Shown piece by piece: positions 23,918-33,910 of a stretch of 64,000 nt of DNA (position 1 is its first letter; the number at the start of each line of letters is the position of its first letter). The notes below the pieces were generated by a model that was not told where the DNA came from, ran no database searches, and saw nothing but the letters and a program-made list of their open reading frames with translations. Position numbers and translations under genes: made by a program. The DNA comes from an uncultured Candidatus Saccharibacteria bacterium. Lineage in GTDB: Bacteria > Patescibacteriota > Minisyncoccia > Phycocordibacterales > DATDWN01. The stretch covers positions 27,428 to 91,427 of the forward strand of contig CAZNUU010000002.1 of the NCBI GenBank assembly GCA_964576615.1, read 5' to 3'.

Positions 23918-25069
23918 ATGTCAAACAAGACAATAAGAGGTCACAAAGTCTACTCCGTTTCACTTGATGAGCAGAACAAAATACTCTCTGAGCTAGAGAA
24001 GCGAGAAGATATAGAAGCTAGGCGAATGAAGCGCTATTTATCTATGCCTGACCTCTCTAGAACGGAAGGTAGCCCAATTAAAGAAGTGGTGGACAGAACC
24101 TTGGCAGTCAGAAGTTTAGAAGGATTGGACATTATAGAAGTTCCGGAAATAATTTCAGTTGATATTCTATTCGACCTTTTCAATATGCCGGAGGGTCACC
24201 CTGCAAGATCTAAGTCAGATACTTATTATGTAGATGACACGCATGTTCTGCGTACCCATGACACTGTTTTTTGGTATTACTATTTAAATTTGCCGGAAAT
24301 AAAAGAAAAAATTGCTCGCAAGGAACCGATCGGGGCAATCTGTTTCGGCAAAGTTTATAGAAAGGACGAAATTGATTCGAGACACATGAACGTTTTCCAC
24401 CAAATCGGCGGACTTTACCTTGCTCCCGATGAAAAGCAAACTGTCACAGCAGAGGATCTAAAAAATGTCCTCTCTGACGTAGCTAAAAATGTTTTCAATG
24501 TGAACTTCAGATTTTACGAGCACAATTTTCCTTATACAGACCCTAGTTTTGAGATGGAAGCAGAAATAAGAGGACAATGGGTAGAGATGCTTGGCTCAGG
24601 ACTGCCTCGAAAATCAGTCCTCAAGAACTTTGGCCTTACCGGATATAACGGTTGGGCTTTCGGCTTTGGGATGGAACGCCTTGCAATTGCCTCAATGGAG
24701 CTGCCAGACATTAGGTTACTTTGGTCAGAAGACCCTCGCGTGACCAAGCAGCTCAAGCTTGGACAAAAGTTCGTTGAAGTATCAAAGTACCCACCTATTA
24801 CTCGCGACATCTCCTTCATCGTAAACACAGGGTTCGTACCTAATAATTACTTTGACCTCATCAGAGATGTGGGCGGAGATTTAGTTGAGCAAGTAGAACT
24901 TCTGGATAAATATGAAAATGAAGAGAAATTCGGTAAGGATATGGTTAGCTACGCGTATAGAGTAGTGTACAGAAGCCACGAGAAGACTTTGACTTCAGCT
25001 GAGGTAGATGATATTCATAAGAAGTTAGAAGAAGAGACAAAAAAGACTTTTGGTGCAACAATTAGATAA
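23918..25069 (+). CDS. pheS: Phenylalanyl-tRNA synthetase alpha subunit
   Basis: FRFYEHNFPYTDPSFEMEAE...GWAFGFGMERLAI class II motifs. Start moved to ATG MSNKTIRG (track ORF begins at a TTG). Confidence 0.9.
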   Translation: MSNKTIRGHKVYSVSLDEQNKILSELEKREDIEARRMKRYLSMPDLSRTEGSPIKEVVDRTLAVRSLEGLDIIEVPEIISVDILFDLFNMPEGHPARSKSDTYYVDDTHVLRTHDTVFWYYYLNLPEIKEKIARKEPIGAICFGKVYRKDEIDSRHMNVFHQIGGLYLAPDEKQTVTAEDLKNVLSDVAKNVFNVNFRFYEHNFPYTDPSFEMEAEIRGQWVEMLGSGLPRKSVLKNFGLTGYNGWAFGFGMERLAIASMELPDIRLLWSEDPRVTKQLKLGQKFVEVSKYPPITRDISFIVNTGFVPNNYFDLIRDVGGDLVEQVELLDKYENEEKFGKDMVSYAYRVVYRSHEKTLTSAEVDDIHKKLEEETKKTFGATIR

Positions 25070-25071
25070 TT

Positions 25072-26322
25072 ATGCCTAGTTTTGGGGATACAATCACATA
25101 CTTTTTACTTTTTATTTCACTAAATTTCGAAGTCTTTATGCTCATAAAGTACTTCGAGAGGAAGGACGATATAAAGAAAGAAGAGGAATTTATAAGAGCG
25201 GGAGTAAAAAAATATCCTACTGTTTCTATTATTGTGCCTTGTTGGAACGAAGAAAACACAGTCTCAAAAACTATCTACTCTTTGCTTAATTTAGATTACC
25301 CCAAAGACAAGCTCAAGATTCTAATTGTGGATGATGGATCGAAAGACAGAACCTGGGAGGTAATTCAAAAATTCAAAAACAATCCTCAGGTCGAACTCCA
25401 CTCTAAAGAGAACGGCGGCAAATACACGGCACTTAATTATGGCTTAAGCAAAGTTAATTCTGACCTGGTAGGCTGCTTAGACGCTGACTCATATGTAGAC
25501 AAAGATGCCCTAAAAACTATTGTCACTTATTTCCAAGACAAAGAAACTATGGCAGTTACACCTTCAGTAAAACTCTGGAATCCAAAAACCCCTTTGGAAC
25601 TACTGCAAAAAGTCGAATACGGTTTTGGTATTTTTACCAGGAAAATTTTTCACTTTATGCAATCTGTCTATATTACTCCGGGACCATTTTCAATATTTAG
25701 ACGGGAGGTCTTCCACAAACTTGGCAATTATAAGCACGCCCACAATACTGAAGATATTGAGATTGCTTTAAGGATGCAGAAAAATGGCTTTAAAATTGCC
25801 CATGCCCATAGTGCCATTGTGCATACCGTTCCCCCAAAAACAATAAGAAAATTGATGAAACAGAGGGTCCGTTGGTCATATGGTTTTATAAAAAATGCAG
25901 TGGACTATCGAGATATGTTTTTCAACAGAAAATATGGCAATCTCGGAGTTTTTGTCTTGCCTATGGCCGGGATTTCTCTTTTCTCAATAATTTCAGTCGC
26001 CTTTGTTTCTCTTTTTCATTTCGTAAACCAAGCAATAAACCAATACGTAAAGATTCAAACTGTCGGACTTAACCTCAACTTTTCAAAATTATTTAGTTTT
26101 GACTGGTTTTATATAAATACTCAGATAATATCCTTGATCACCCTGGCTACTTTTATTGGAACACTAACTATGATTCTGGCTTCCAGAAAAATGTCAGAGG
26201 GTAAAACCAAAATAAATATGGATTTGGTTTATTACTTTACCCTATACACTCTTCTCGCCCCAATTTGGATGGCAAAGGCCGCATTTAACGCTATATTTTC
26301 AATAAAAACTACCTGGCGATAA
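25072..26322 (+). CDS. Processive family-2 glycosyltransferase (PgaC/NodC/cellulose-synthase-like), membrane-embedded
   Basis: VSIIVPCWNEE, DDGSKD, DADSY (DxD), QRVRWSYG (QxxRW), C-terminal TM bundle. Confidence 0.8.
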   Translation: MPSFGDTITYFLLFISLNFEVFMLIKYFERKDDIKKEEEFIRAGVKKYPTVSIIVPCWNEENTVSKTIYSLLNLDYPKDKLKILIVDDGSKDRTWEVIQKFKNNPQVELHSKENGGKYTALNYGLSKVNSDLVGCLDADSYVDKDALKTIVTYFQDKETMAVTPSVKLWNPKTPLELLQKVEYGFGIFTRKIFHFMQSVYITPGPFSIFRREVFHKLGNYKHAHNTEDIEIALRMQKNGFKIAHAHSAIVHTVPPKTIRKLMKQRVRWSYGFIKNAVDYRDMFFNRKYGNLGVFVLPMAGISLFSIISVAFVSLFHFVNQAINQYVKIQTVGLNLNFSKLFSFDWFYINTQIISLITLATFIGTLTMILASRKMSEGKTKINMDLVYYFTLYTLLAPIWMAKAAFNAIFSIKTTWR

Positions 26323-26324
26323 AC

Positions 26325-27011
26325 ATGCAAAACACGGAGTGGAAAAAATATTTGTTTTCTTTTGCTATAACTCTAGTTATTTTTGTTACTGCAATTCTTT
26401 TAAGTAATTACTTTAGTAACAAAAAACTCACAGAACTAAGAAACATCCAAGATAAGATCTCAATTGATATTTTATCCTCCGAAACCCAATTTTCACTTCT
26501 GGAAGAATCAGCTTGTAGTGATCTCGGATCCGGCTCGCTTTCGACCGAACTAGGCACACTCGAGGATAAGCTTGCCTATACCGAGGATCAAAGAGGTGCA
26601 AACGACCCTGAAGTAAGAACGCTTAAGCAGTACTACTCACTTCTTGAGATTAAAGATTACCTCCTAATGAACAAGATAAGTGAAAAGTGTAAAAAAACTC
26701 CTATCTCTGTGATTTATTTCTATGCTGACGACAATACCTGTAGTGACTGCCAGAGGGAGGGTTATGTTCTAACCCACTTACGAGAGACTTACCCCGACTT
26801 ACGTGTATATTCTTTTGACTACAACATTGGTGTCTCAGCAGTAGATACACTTATTAAAACAAACAAAATCAAAGATGAATTACCTGCGGTCATAGTCAAA
26901 GGTAATACCCATTATGGATTTCAAAGCGTTGAGGACCTAGAGAAACTTATGCCCGAGTTAGCAAAGATGAAAGCAGCTACAAGCACAACGGCAACGAGCA
27001 CAAAAATATAA
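26325..27011 (+). CDS. Hypothetical membrane-anchored protein with CxxC (CSDC) thioredoxin-like C-terminal region
   Basis: 228 aa, N-terminal TM, starts 3 nt after the GT2 stop (likely co-transcribed). Confidence 0.5.
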   Translation: MQNTEWKKYLFSFAITLVIFVTAILLSNYFSNKKLTELRNIQDKISIDILSSETQFSLLEESACSDLGSGSLSTELGTLEDKLAYTEDQRGANDPEVRTLKQYYSLLEIKDYLLMNKISEKCKKTPISVIYFYADDNTCSDCQREGYVLTHLRETYPDLRVYSFDYNIGVSAVDTLIKTNKIKDELPAVIVKGNTHYGFQSVEDLEKLMPELAKMKAATSTTATSTKI

Positions 27012-27176
27012 CTATTCGCCAAATTTAAATCCAAGATAGATACCTAAAATTCCGCCGAGACCACTAAATATAATGCCACTCATTGAAAGTAGCCCTGCTC
27101 CCCAGATTTCAGGTATAAAACCACCAATAGTTGAACCAACAAAGAGTCCAGCCCAAACAAGTTTTGAACGATCCAT
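27012..27176 (-). CDS. Small Gly-zipper membrane protein (54 aa), not in ORF track (<60 aa)
   Basis: Own translation: MDRSKLVWAGLFVGSTIGGFIPEIWGAGLLSMSGIIFSGLGGILGIYLGFKFGE. Convergent and abutting the previous gene, so uncertain. Confidence 0.35.
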   Translation of the reverse strand: MDRSKLVWAGLFVGSTIGGFIPEIWGAGLLSMSGIIFSGLGGILGIYLGFKFGE

Positions 27177-27213
27177 GGGAGTATTGTAGCACTATAACGA
27201 CAAACCCACAGTG

Positions 27214-27286
27214 AGCCACCTGTCAGGCTTGAACTGACGACCTGCCGTTTACAAAACGGCTGCTCTACCAACTGAGCTAAGGTGGC
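27214..27286 (-). tRNA. tRNA-Thr (anticodon UGU)
   Basis: GCCACCT/AGGTGGC acceptor, D-arm GCTC-AGTTGGTA-GAGC, anticodon loop TTTGTAA, T-arm GTCAG-TTCAAGC-CTGAC. No encoded CCA. Confidence 0.85.
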
Positions 27287-27322
27287 AACGCAAATTAATC
27301 TAACACATTTGATGTAAAATTT

Positions 27323-27703
27323 CTAGAATTCGCCTGTGTTTGCTTCCGCCTTTTCTTCAGCTAGTCTCTCTAGAAAAAATGAAACTGAACCACTGCTTCG
27401 AAGCATTCTCTTGCCGCGAAATTCGTTACCAGCGTTATAGTATTTCTTGGAAATATAATCTTTACTTTTGTGTGATAACTCGTACAAATATGACGGCAAA
27501 AATTCGGTCAAAAATATTCTAAGGACCTTTTCTACGTGCTTGTACTGACCCACACAGACATCCATGAAAGCGTGCATCTTTAAATCTGCCTGATTAAATA
27601 AATCAGCCACAAAGCGGATCTTTCTTACCTTGATCTCAAATGCCTTATAGGAAAGAAGGGTAAATAAACCAAACATAGAAGCAAAAAACAATACAGTAGT
27701 CAT
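27323..27703 (-). CDS. Hypothetical membrane protein downstream of tsf
   Basis: Start set to MTTVLFFASMF, 5 nt after the tsf stop. The upstream part of the track ORF overlaps tsf. Confidence 0.4.
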   Translation of the reverse strand: MTTVLFFASMFGLFTLLSYKAFEIKVRKIRFVADLFNQADLKMHAFMDVCVGQYKHVEKVLRIFLTEFLPSYLYELSHKSKDYISKKYYNAGNEFRGKRMLRSSGSVSFFLERLAEEKAEANTGEF

Positions 27704-27707
27704 AAGA

Positions 27708-28193
27708 TTAAATTGCGAAGCGAACGAAACGAGAAACCTCCATTTTCTCACCAAACTTCTGAACTGCTTCGTCTATGAGGTTAGTTATCGTTAGCTCTGG
27801 ATTTTTTATAAATGGTTGTGTTAGTAATACCGATTCCGACTCCCCGGCGGGTGCGTCTTCGGCTTTAATGTATTTTGGATCTGTAGCCGCGACTTGCATT
27901 GCAATGTCCCTGGCTAGTTTAACGAACTCTTCGTTTTTAGCGACAAAGTCCGTCTCACACATTAATTCTACCATACTTCCAACACCTCCCGCACCATGAA
28001 TATAGCTAGCGATGGTACCTGAACCCAAGGTTCTACCCCCTTTTTTTGAAGCAAATTCGGCACTTTTTGACTTTAGGATAGCCTTTGCCTTCTCGATATC
28101 CCCACCTGCCTCCTCTAGTGCCTTTCTGCACTGCATTACTGAGATACCGGTTTCCTCACGCAATTTTTTAACGAGCTCTGCGGAAATTTCCAT
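27708..28193 (-). CDS. tsf: Elongation factor Ts (short form)
   Basis: N-terminal UBA-like LVKKLREETGISVMQCRKALEEAGGD. Confidence 0.85.
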   Translation of the reverse strand: MEISAELVKKLREETGISVMQCRKALEEAGGDIEKAKAILKSKSAEFASKKGGRTLGSGTIASYIHGAGGVGSMVELMCETDFVAKNEEFVKLARDIAMQVAATDPKYIKAEDAPAGESESVLLTQPFIKNPELTITNLIDEAVQKFGEKMEVSRFVRFAI

Positions 28194-28203
28194 TTTTTTA
28201 AAT

Positions 28204-28920
28204 TTATGCCTCTTTTGGTCTCTTTAGTTGACCTGCCTTATAACTTTCTGCCACTTTTTTTAAAATAAACTCAATCGAGGTTCGAGAAGCGTCATTGCCT
28301 GGGATTGGAAACTCAACTTCGTTTAAATTATTGTCTGTGCCACAAAGCGCAATTGTTGGTATATTCATTTTTTTTGCTTCGGTAACTGCAATTGACTCTT
28401 TTTTACTATCTACTACAAAAACCGCTTCAGGTAATGACCTCATTGGGGTAAGACCTGAGAAAAATTCTTTCAATTTTTCTATTTCTCGGTCGATGAGAAG
28501 TCTTTCCTTTTTAGTATATTTGGATAACTCACCTTTTTCTCTTTGTGAAACAAGAGATTCTAATTTCTCAACTCTTTTTCTAATTTGAGGAAAGTTAGTT
28601 AAAGTCCCTCCAATAAATCTACCGGCAACGTAAGGTTGGCTAATAGATTCAGCAGTTGTAGATATTGCTGCTTTGGCTTCACTTTTGCCACTGATAAACA
28701 AGATAGTTGCGTTTCTTGAACCGAGACTTTCTATAAATTCTAAAGCCTTGCTTAAGGCATCCTTAGTCTTTTCAAGATCAAATATTTCGATTTTATTTTT
28801 TATACCGTAAAGAAATGGTTTTGCACTTGGGTGTCTCCTGGATTTAACAAAACCAAAGTGTGAGCCAGCCGAAAAAAGGCCGTCGACCAGTGTATTCCCG
28901 TTGTTATTTGATTTTTCCAT
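28204..28920 (-). CDS. rpsB: 30S ribosomal protein S2
   Basis: LFSAGSHFGFVKSRRHPSAKPF S2 N-terminus. Confidence 0.9.
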   Translation of the reverse strand: MEKSNNNGNTLVDGLFSAGSHFGFVKSRRHPSAKPFLYGIKNKIEIFDLEKTKDALSKALEFIESLGSRNATILFISGKSEAKAAISTTAESISQPYVAGRFIGGTLTNFPQIRKRVEKLESLVSQREKGELSKYTKKERLLIDREIEKLKEFFSGLTPMRSLPEAVFVVDSKKESIAVTEAKKMNIPTIALCGTDNNLNEVEFPIPGNDASRTSIEFILKKVAESYKAGQLKRPKEA

Positions 28921-29005
28921 GCAGGGATGAGTCTAACAAAAATATAAGAGAGGCGCAACCTAAAATTGAAGTGCCTCGGGGGTAAGCCGAGGCACTCGAG
29001 ATACG

Positions 29006-29377
29006 TCAAGGGTTCGCAGCTGGATACGTGCGCACAGAACTCAAGGGATCGTAGCAGCCATATACCCGGAGCTCGTCACCACTTTGATCGTTGAACCAAA
29101 CTCTTCCATAGCATTCCTTGTAGCTGGCCTTCTCGTAGAGCACGACATCTGCCCCCGACTGCGACAGGTTTCTGACTTCCAGAATCCTGAAGACCTCGGT
29201 CTTACTCCACGGTGGCCGCGTCGGGATAGATTTCTCGGCCCGAGCTTTCCACTTGTTGAAGTTACTAGCCACCTTCTCCTGCTCGGCAAGAGCCTGAGAA
29301 TCAGCCCGCTTCAGCCCCGAGAGGTATCCTCCTCCAAACAGCATGACGATAGCAAGAACAACCCAAAACCTCCGCAT
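29006..29377 (-). CDS. Hypothetical membrane-anchored protein, GC-rich cassette 4
   Basis: Start set to ATG MRRFWVVLAIVML with SD AGGAGGTG at ideal spacing (track start is GTG 6 nt upstream). GC-stem terminator at 28962-28992. Confidence 0.5.
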   Translation of the reverse strand: MRRFWVVLAIVMLFGGGYLSGLKRADSQALAEQEKVASNFNKWKARAEKSIPTRPPWSKTEVFRILEVRNLSQSGADVVLYEKASYKECYGRVWFNDQSGDELRVYGCYDPLSSVRTYPAANP

Positions 29378-29419
29378 ATCCACCTCCTGTTAAAGAGAAT
29401 ACGTGTTAAAAATTCCCTG

Positions 29420-30361
29420 TCAAGAATTGCTCATCGCCTCAATAATCGGCTCTATTCTGCCATCTAGTACACCTTCGATATTGTGCCAAGATTGTTTTAT
29501 TCTGTGGTCGGTAACCCTATCCTGTAAAACGTTATACGTCCGTATCTTCTCGGATCTGTCTGCCGTGCCTATCTGGCTTTTCCTATCTGCAGAATACTTA
29601 GCAGATTCCTCTTCGTCTTTCATCATTTGAAGCTTCGCCAGAAGAATCGACATTGCCTTCTCACGATTTTTGAGCTGACTCCTTTCCGCAGTTGAGCGAA
29701 CATCAATTCCAGTTGGCTTGTGAATAATTCTTACGGCTGTCTCTACTTTGTTTACGTTCTGTCCCCCCGCCCCGCCAGAGCGCGATGTCTCAATCTCCAA
29801 GTCAGACGGTGAGACAACAATATTTGTTTTTTTTCTAATAGGTAAAATAGCAACTGTAGCAGTTGAGGTATGAACTCTTCCGATTTTTTCTGTCACTGGC
29901 ACCCTCTGAACCCGGTGAACTCCTGTCTCAAAGCGCAAACTTTTGTAAACATCCTTCCCTCTTATTTCAAATGAAGCTTCTTTATATCCCCCTGTGGAAC
30001 TAAGGGACTCGTTTATAAGATTTACTGTCCAGCCTTTGCCTTCGGCATAACGTCGATACATATGAGCTAATTCCCCTGCAAAAAGCGAGGCTTCTTCTCC
30101 CCCCGCGCCGGCTCTAACTTCTAAAACTATCTCATTTGGAAATTCTTCTTCCTTTTCGTCTTCTTTAACAATATCCTGCATCTGGTTTAAAATAGCTTCT
30201 TTTTGTAAAGCCAAATCCGCAAGCTCTGTCTGTGCAAGCTCCATTAAACTCGAGTCTCCATCGAGCATTTTTTTGGTCTCACCTTCCTTTTTCTCGAGCT
30301 CTTTATAACTTTGAGCTAGGTAGGAGGTTTTTGGATTTTGTAAGTATTTTTCCAGGTCCAT
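29420..30361 (-). CDS. prfA: Peptide chain release factor 1
   Basis: GGQ motif [11 protein letters not shown] and PVT (PxT) tripeptide [17 protein letters not shown]. Confidence 0.85.
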   Translation of the reverse strand: MDLEKYLQNPKTSYLAQSYKELEKKEGETKKMLDGDSSLMELAQTELADLALQKEAILNQMQDIVKEDEKEEEFPNEIVLEVRAGAGGEEASLFAGELAHMYRRYAEGKGWTVNLINESLSSTGGYKEASFEIRGKDVYKSLRFETGVHRVQRVPVTEKIGRVHTSTATVAILPIRKKTNIVVSPSDLEIETSRSGGAGGQNVNKVETAVRIIHKPTGIDVRSTAERSQLKNREKAMSILLAKLQMMKDEEESAKYSADRKSQIGTADRSEKIRTYNVLQDRVTDHRIKQSWHNIEGVLDGRIEPIIEAMSNS

Positions 30362-30408
30362 TGCTTTAATTCTATCAAAATAACGAAGTCTTGAATCCAG
30401 TGTTTTAT

Positions 30409-30483
30409 GGACCTTGCGAGCTCGACGTAGCGAGCACGAGGAATTTTTCAGCAGAAAAATATCCGTGTCCAGAAAACTCTGGG
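30409..30483. repeat. Repeat family B, copy 2, embedded in a longer hairpin (flanking inverted repeat taacgaagtc / gacttcgtta)
   Basis: Reverse complement matches 3284-3356 core cacggatatttttctgctgaaaaattcctcgtgctc exactly. Confidence 0.85.
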
Positions 30484-30496
30484 TGATAAGACTTCG

Positions 30497-30769
30497 TTAT
30501 TTTTTACCCTTCTTCGAACTAGCAGCTTTTGCAACCCTAGCCTTAAACTTCTCAGCTCTTCCAGCTGTATCTAGATTCTTCTCTTGACCAGTGTAAAAGG
30601 GATGTGAGGCACTTGAGATTTCAAGTCTATATAGAGGGTACTTCTTGCCATCTTTTGCTTTACCCTCCTCCTTTGTCTCTACTACAGAGGAAATAATAAA
30701 TTCAGCCCCATTGGAGTTATCCAGGAAGAGGACTGGTCTGTAGTTTTTAGGATGTATATCTTTTTTCAT
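30497..30769 (-). CDS. rpmE: 50S ribosomal protein L31 (type B)
   Basis: MKKDIHPKNYRPVLF. Confidence 0.85.
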   Translation of the reverse strand: MKKDIHPKNYRPVLFLDNSNGAEFIISSVVETKEEGKAKDGKKYPLYRLEISSASHPFYTGQEKNLDTAGRAEKFKARVAKAASSKKGKK

Positions 30770-30839
30770 TGCCCAAATACAGTAACAAAATAGGCCTACT
30801 TTGGCAAGAAATCGCCGGCCCTTAAAGCCGGCGAAATTC

Positions 30840-31670
30840 TTACTTAAACAACCGAGAGAACTTCTTGTGTTCGAGGTGATAGTTAAACCCCTCCCTCATT
30901 TCCTGGAGGCGCCCATATTTTTCTTTATTGTACTTGGGCGTCTTTGGGAAATGAATAAAGGCAACTGCAGAGTAGCGACCACTTTTGGCTGTTTTATCGT
31001 TTGCAACTACCCGATGCCATAGTGCTCTGAGACGGCCCACGGATCGCAATTGCATCTGCATGTCAGGAATCACGACTGTTTCGGTCTTTGAAACAGGCAT
31101 GGGCACCCACTCACCACTGAAGTTTAAACATTCCAGTCCTGGTGCGCTTTCAAACAGATGGAACGTAACTCCGCCTTGATCCACATGAGGTTGGGCTACG
31201 GATTCTCCTTTACGTTTTTGCCCTGGATAGTGGATAAATCTTACGAAGACTAGGCCACTTTCCTCTGAGACCTCTCGCGAGAAACCTGGAAGCTCAAACT
31301 CCTTTTCAATCAGTCTTGAGAAATTGGCAACCAGTGGCCTCAGAAATTTCGCAACTTCCAGTGCATGATCGACGAAGTTTCTAACCACCAGATTGTAATC
31401 CGTCCGAGTTTGCATCCTGGCTTCAAGGGAGACCTCTGCTTCTTCTGTGATATCGAAGTTTTCCTTGATATCCCCCTTTGGACCCTCGCCTACTTTCTTT
31501 TCATAACCAAATCCGGCTGAGTTGTTGCTGTAGCCTAAAGCTAGCTTGATTTCATCTGGTAAAGCACAGAATGCTTGCCAGGACTTCTCTGCTCTCCTTA
31601 CCGCAACCTGAAGCTTTTTCGGAAAAGGTACGTCGACAAAACCCTCGGTCTCAAAATTTCTAATCTGCAT
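30840..31670 (-). CDS. 2-oxoglutarate/Fe(II)-dependent oxygenase superfamily protein
   Basis: HxD (PHVDQGG), distal His (LWHRV) and RxS (RYSAVAF) motifs. Start set to MQIRNFETEGFVDVPFP with SD AGGAG. Terminator tcgccggc..gccggcga at 30806-30834. Confidence 0.6.
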   Translation of the reverse strand: MQIRNFETEGFVDVPFPKKLQVAVRRAEKSWQAFCALPDEIKLALGYSNNSAGFGYEKKVGEGPKGDIKENFDITEEAEVSLEARMQTRTDYNLVVRNFVDHALEVAKFLRPLVANFSRLIEKEFELPGFSREVSEESGLVFVRFIHYPGQKRKGESVAQPHVDQGGVTFHLFESAPGLECLNFSGEWVPMPVSKTETVVIPDMQMQLRSVGRLRALWHRVVANDKTAKSGRYSAVAFIHFPKTPKYNKEKYGRLQEMREGFNYHLEHKKFSRLFK

Positions 31671-31780
31671 GTTTTTTCTCCTAGTTGATAAAAAAGAACC
31701 ACTAGGAAAAGTATGATTTTTAATCAAAACTAAAAAAGCGAGGGCTTCCTCACTTGAAACTAGCTTGAAATATTGGGCAT

Positions 31781-32491
31781 TTAATTGTCGCTTTGGATAT
31801 TTTCCTCAAAGAAAAACGGTAGGGATTTAATTTTATTATTTTTTACAGCTTTTAGAACTTTTACAATAGTTTTAAGGGAGTCATAATCTACTGACTCATT
31901 CTTGATGGCCTCATTTATAGGCAACCACATATTGTGACCAAACTTAGTATCAGCTAGTAACTCCCCGTTTACTACACTTGTGTATGTGATTGGAAACATT
32001 ACATCCGAGAAGATCTCATTGTTTTTATACATTACCCTCCTCTCGTAACCAACCAATTTCAACTTTGCAATAAGACCAGTTTCTTGATTTAACTTTCTGG
32101 CCGCTGCTTCTTCGATAAGTTCACCTTTAAGCACTACCCCACCCATGACACCGATTTTTCCATAGGACGGATTCGACTTTCTCAGCTGGCTTAAAATTTC
32201 GATTTTCCCCTTGTTAACCCTGGAAACTATTGTTATTACATTCATTTTAAAAAGACTTGTGATTGCATCGTTCGATGGATACGGATCTGCGACATGTTTA
32301 ATGCCATTTCCAGATAACCCGTAACCATTTCTATCTTTATTTATCAGGCCTTTTTTGACTAAAAATTGCAGATGATAGTTGAAAAGATCATTTGGCACTT
32401 TACCAAATTTGAGCTCACTATATCTTAGAGTTTTGGCGTCTTTTAGCTTCGAAAGAATGCGATTCTGAATCGAAGAGAAATTCTGTAACAT
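31781..32491 (-). CDS. Winged-HTH domain fused to C-terminal Nudix-like domain (putative Nudix-related regulator)
   Basis: N-terminus LRYSELKF...FNYHLQFLVKKGLI is wHTH-like. C-terminus has degenerate Nudix box GELIEEAAARKLNQETGL. Confidence 0.5.
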   Translation of the reverse strand: MLQNFSSIQNRILSKLKDAKTLRYSELKFGKVPNDLFNYHLQFLVKKGLINKDRNGYGLSGNGIKHVADPYPSNDAITSLFKMNVITIVSRVNKGKIEILSQLRKSNPSYGKIGVMGGVVLKGELIEEAAARKLNQETGLIAKLKLVGYERRVMYKNNEIFSDVMFPITYTSVVNGELLADTKFGHNMWLPINEAIKNESVDYDSLKTIVKVLKAVKNNKIKSLPFFFEENIQSDN

Positions 32492-32503
32492 TCCGCAGTT
32501 ATA

Positions 32504-33910
32504 CTACAAATTCTGTAGTGGATCAATCATAGTTGTCTGAATATTTTGGGCAATTTGCATGACTGAATTTCCGTAACTTAGGTTCGGTGGTCTGCGCGTG
32601 GAAGAGCAATTTGAACCGGAATAATACTTGCAAGCAGCATTTCTCTCTGCTGTGTAGGAACTTGGGTCTGCGCCGAGCTCTTGCATATAAATTGCCGTGG
32701 CCATAAAAGAGTGCTCGGGGTTCCAGGGATCAGCTATGTCAGCAGAAATTCCTAGCATATTTCCAACTTTATCTTTAAATAATTCCCAAGTCGAAGGAAT
32801 AAACTGAGATGGCCCCATCCCTCCCCCATAACCCCTACTTGAGGTATATGTTTGTCCCAACGGACACGAAACCGGCGTGTTACTCCAAGCTCTACCAAGC
32901 CTACTCGTAATATCTTGAAACGGAACTGTATCTCGTGGAGCCTTCATAACTCTTTCAAAAACACTTCCGCTATTTTTCCCTACACCATCTCCAGTATCAA
33001 GATTTGAGATGTAACATGACCCTTGGTTTTGCCCTAAATTACTTTCTTGAGTAATGATCGCAAGTAGAAATGCCGGCCTGACTCCAGTTTTAGTGCTAGC
33101 TTCCTGGGCAAATTTCAAGGCATCGCCGAACGGAATAGCAACTGCATCTCGAAGTGAGAACAACGCAGCCCTGATTTGCGCTGCTTTTTTCTGTCTCTCT
33201 GCCAAGACTTGAGAATACGTTTTTTCTTGAGTTTTACTTACCGAAATAAGATACTCTTTCTCTTTTTCATTAACTTCCACTTGTTTTTTCTGTACTTCTG
33301 CAGCCTGGCGAGTATCTGTCTCTTTATCTTTTTGTTTGCCCAGGGCCGCTTTCTCTTTTTCGGTTAAATCTTTAGTAACCTTAATTTCACCGAGTTTCTC
33401 TTTCAGAGATGTACCAACAGATTGAAAAGTATCAACATCACTAAAAAAATCAGAAATATCCTTGTTGCCAAGCATGACTTCTGGCAAACTAAACTGGTCA
33501 ATCTCGTTTGTCTTTCTTATGAGCTGCCCCAAGGATTCATGACCTTTGTCTATCTGTTCCTGAAGAGATTCAATATGCGCATTCTTTGCCGCAATATCCT
33601 TATCCAGCTGAGCAATTTGAACATTCTTCTGCTTAATAAAAGCTTTGGCTTGTTGAATTTTGGCATTTAAAACGGCAGCTTCTTGTTGAAGTGATTTAGT
33701 ATTGGCCTTGGTACTATCCAGGATTGCCTGCCACTTAGTAATATCCGCCTCCGTATCTGCTAACTCTTGGCGCCACTCGGCTTCTTGTTCAGCCTGGGTC
33801 AACGCCAAAGTAACCCTAACTGGCGCTAGAATGGCTAAAAATATGGCTACCCCTGCTGAAATTTTTACTAAGTCAGAATTTCGGAAAAAGAAAAACAACC
33901 TATTCAACAT
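32504..33910 (-). CDS. Membrane-anchored coiled-coil protein with C-terminal lytic transglycosylase (SLT) domain
   Basis: AIITQESNLGQ catalytic Glu region and GMGPSQFIPSTW. ~250 aa of N-terminal coiled coil. Confidence 0.7.
   Translation of the reverse strand: MLNRLFFFFRNSDLVKISAGVAIFLAILAPVRVTLALTQAEQEAEWRQELADTEADITKWQAILDSTKANTKSLQQEAAVLNAKIQQAKAFIKQKNVQIAQLDKDIAAKNAHIESLQEQIDKGHESLGQLIRKTNEIDQFSLPEVMLGNKDISDFFSDVDTFQSVGTSLKEKLGEIKVTKDLTEKEKAALGKQKDKETDTRQAAEVQKKQVEVNEKEKEYLISVSKTQEKTYSQVLAERQKKAAQIRAALFSLRDAVAIPFGDALKFAQEASTKTGVRPAFLLAIITQESNLGQNQGSCYISNLDTGDGVGKNSGSVFERVMKAPRDTVPFQDITSRLGRAWSNTPVSCPLGQTYTSSRGYGGGMGPSQFIPSTWELFKDKVGNMLGISADIADPWNPEHSFMATAIYMQELGADPSSYTAERNAACKYYSGSNCSSTRRPPNLSYGNSVMQIAQNIQTTMIDPLQNL

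Noticed and set aside
27080-27271. 63-aa ORF
   Set aside because: It overlaps tRNA-Thr(UGU) on the same strand. An initial reading of the anticodon as GTA (Tyr) was corrected to TGT (Thr) after re-parsing the stems.
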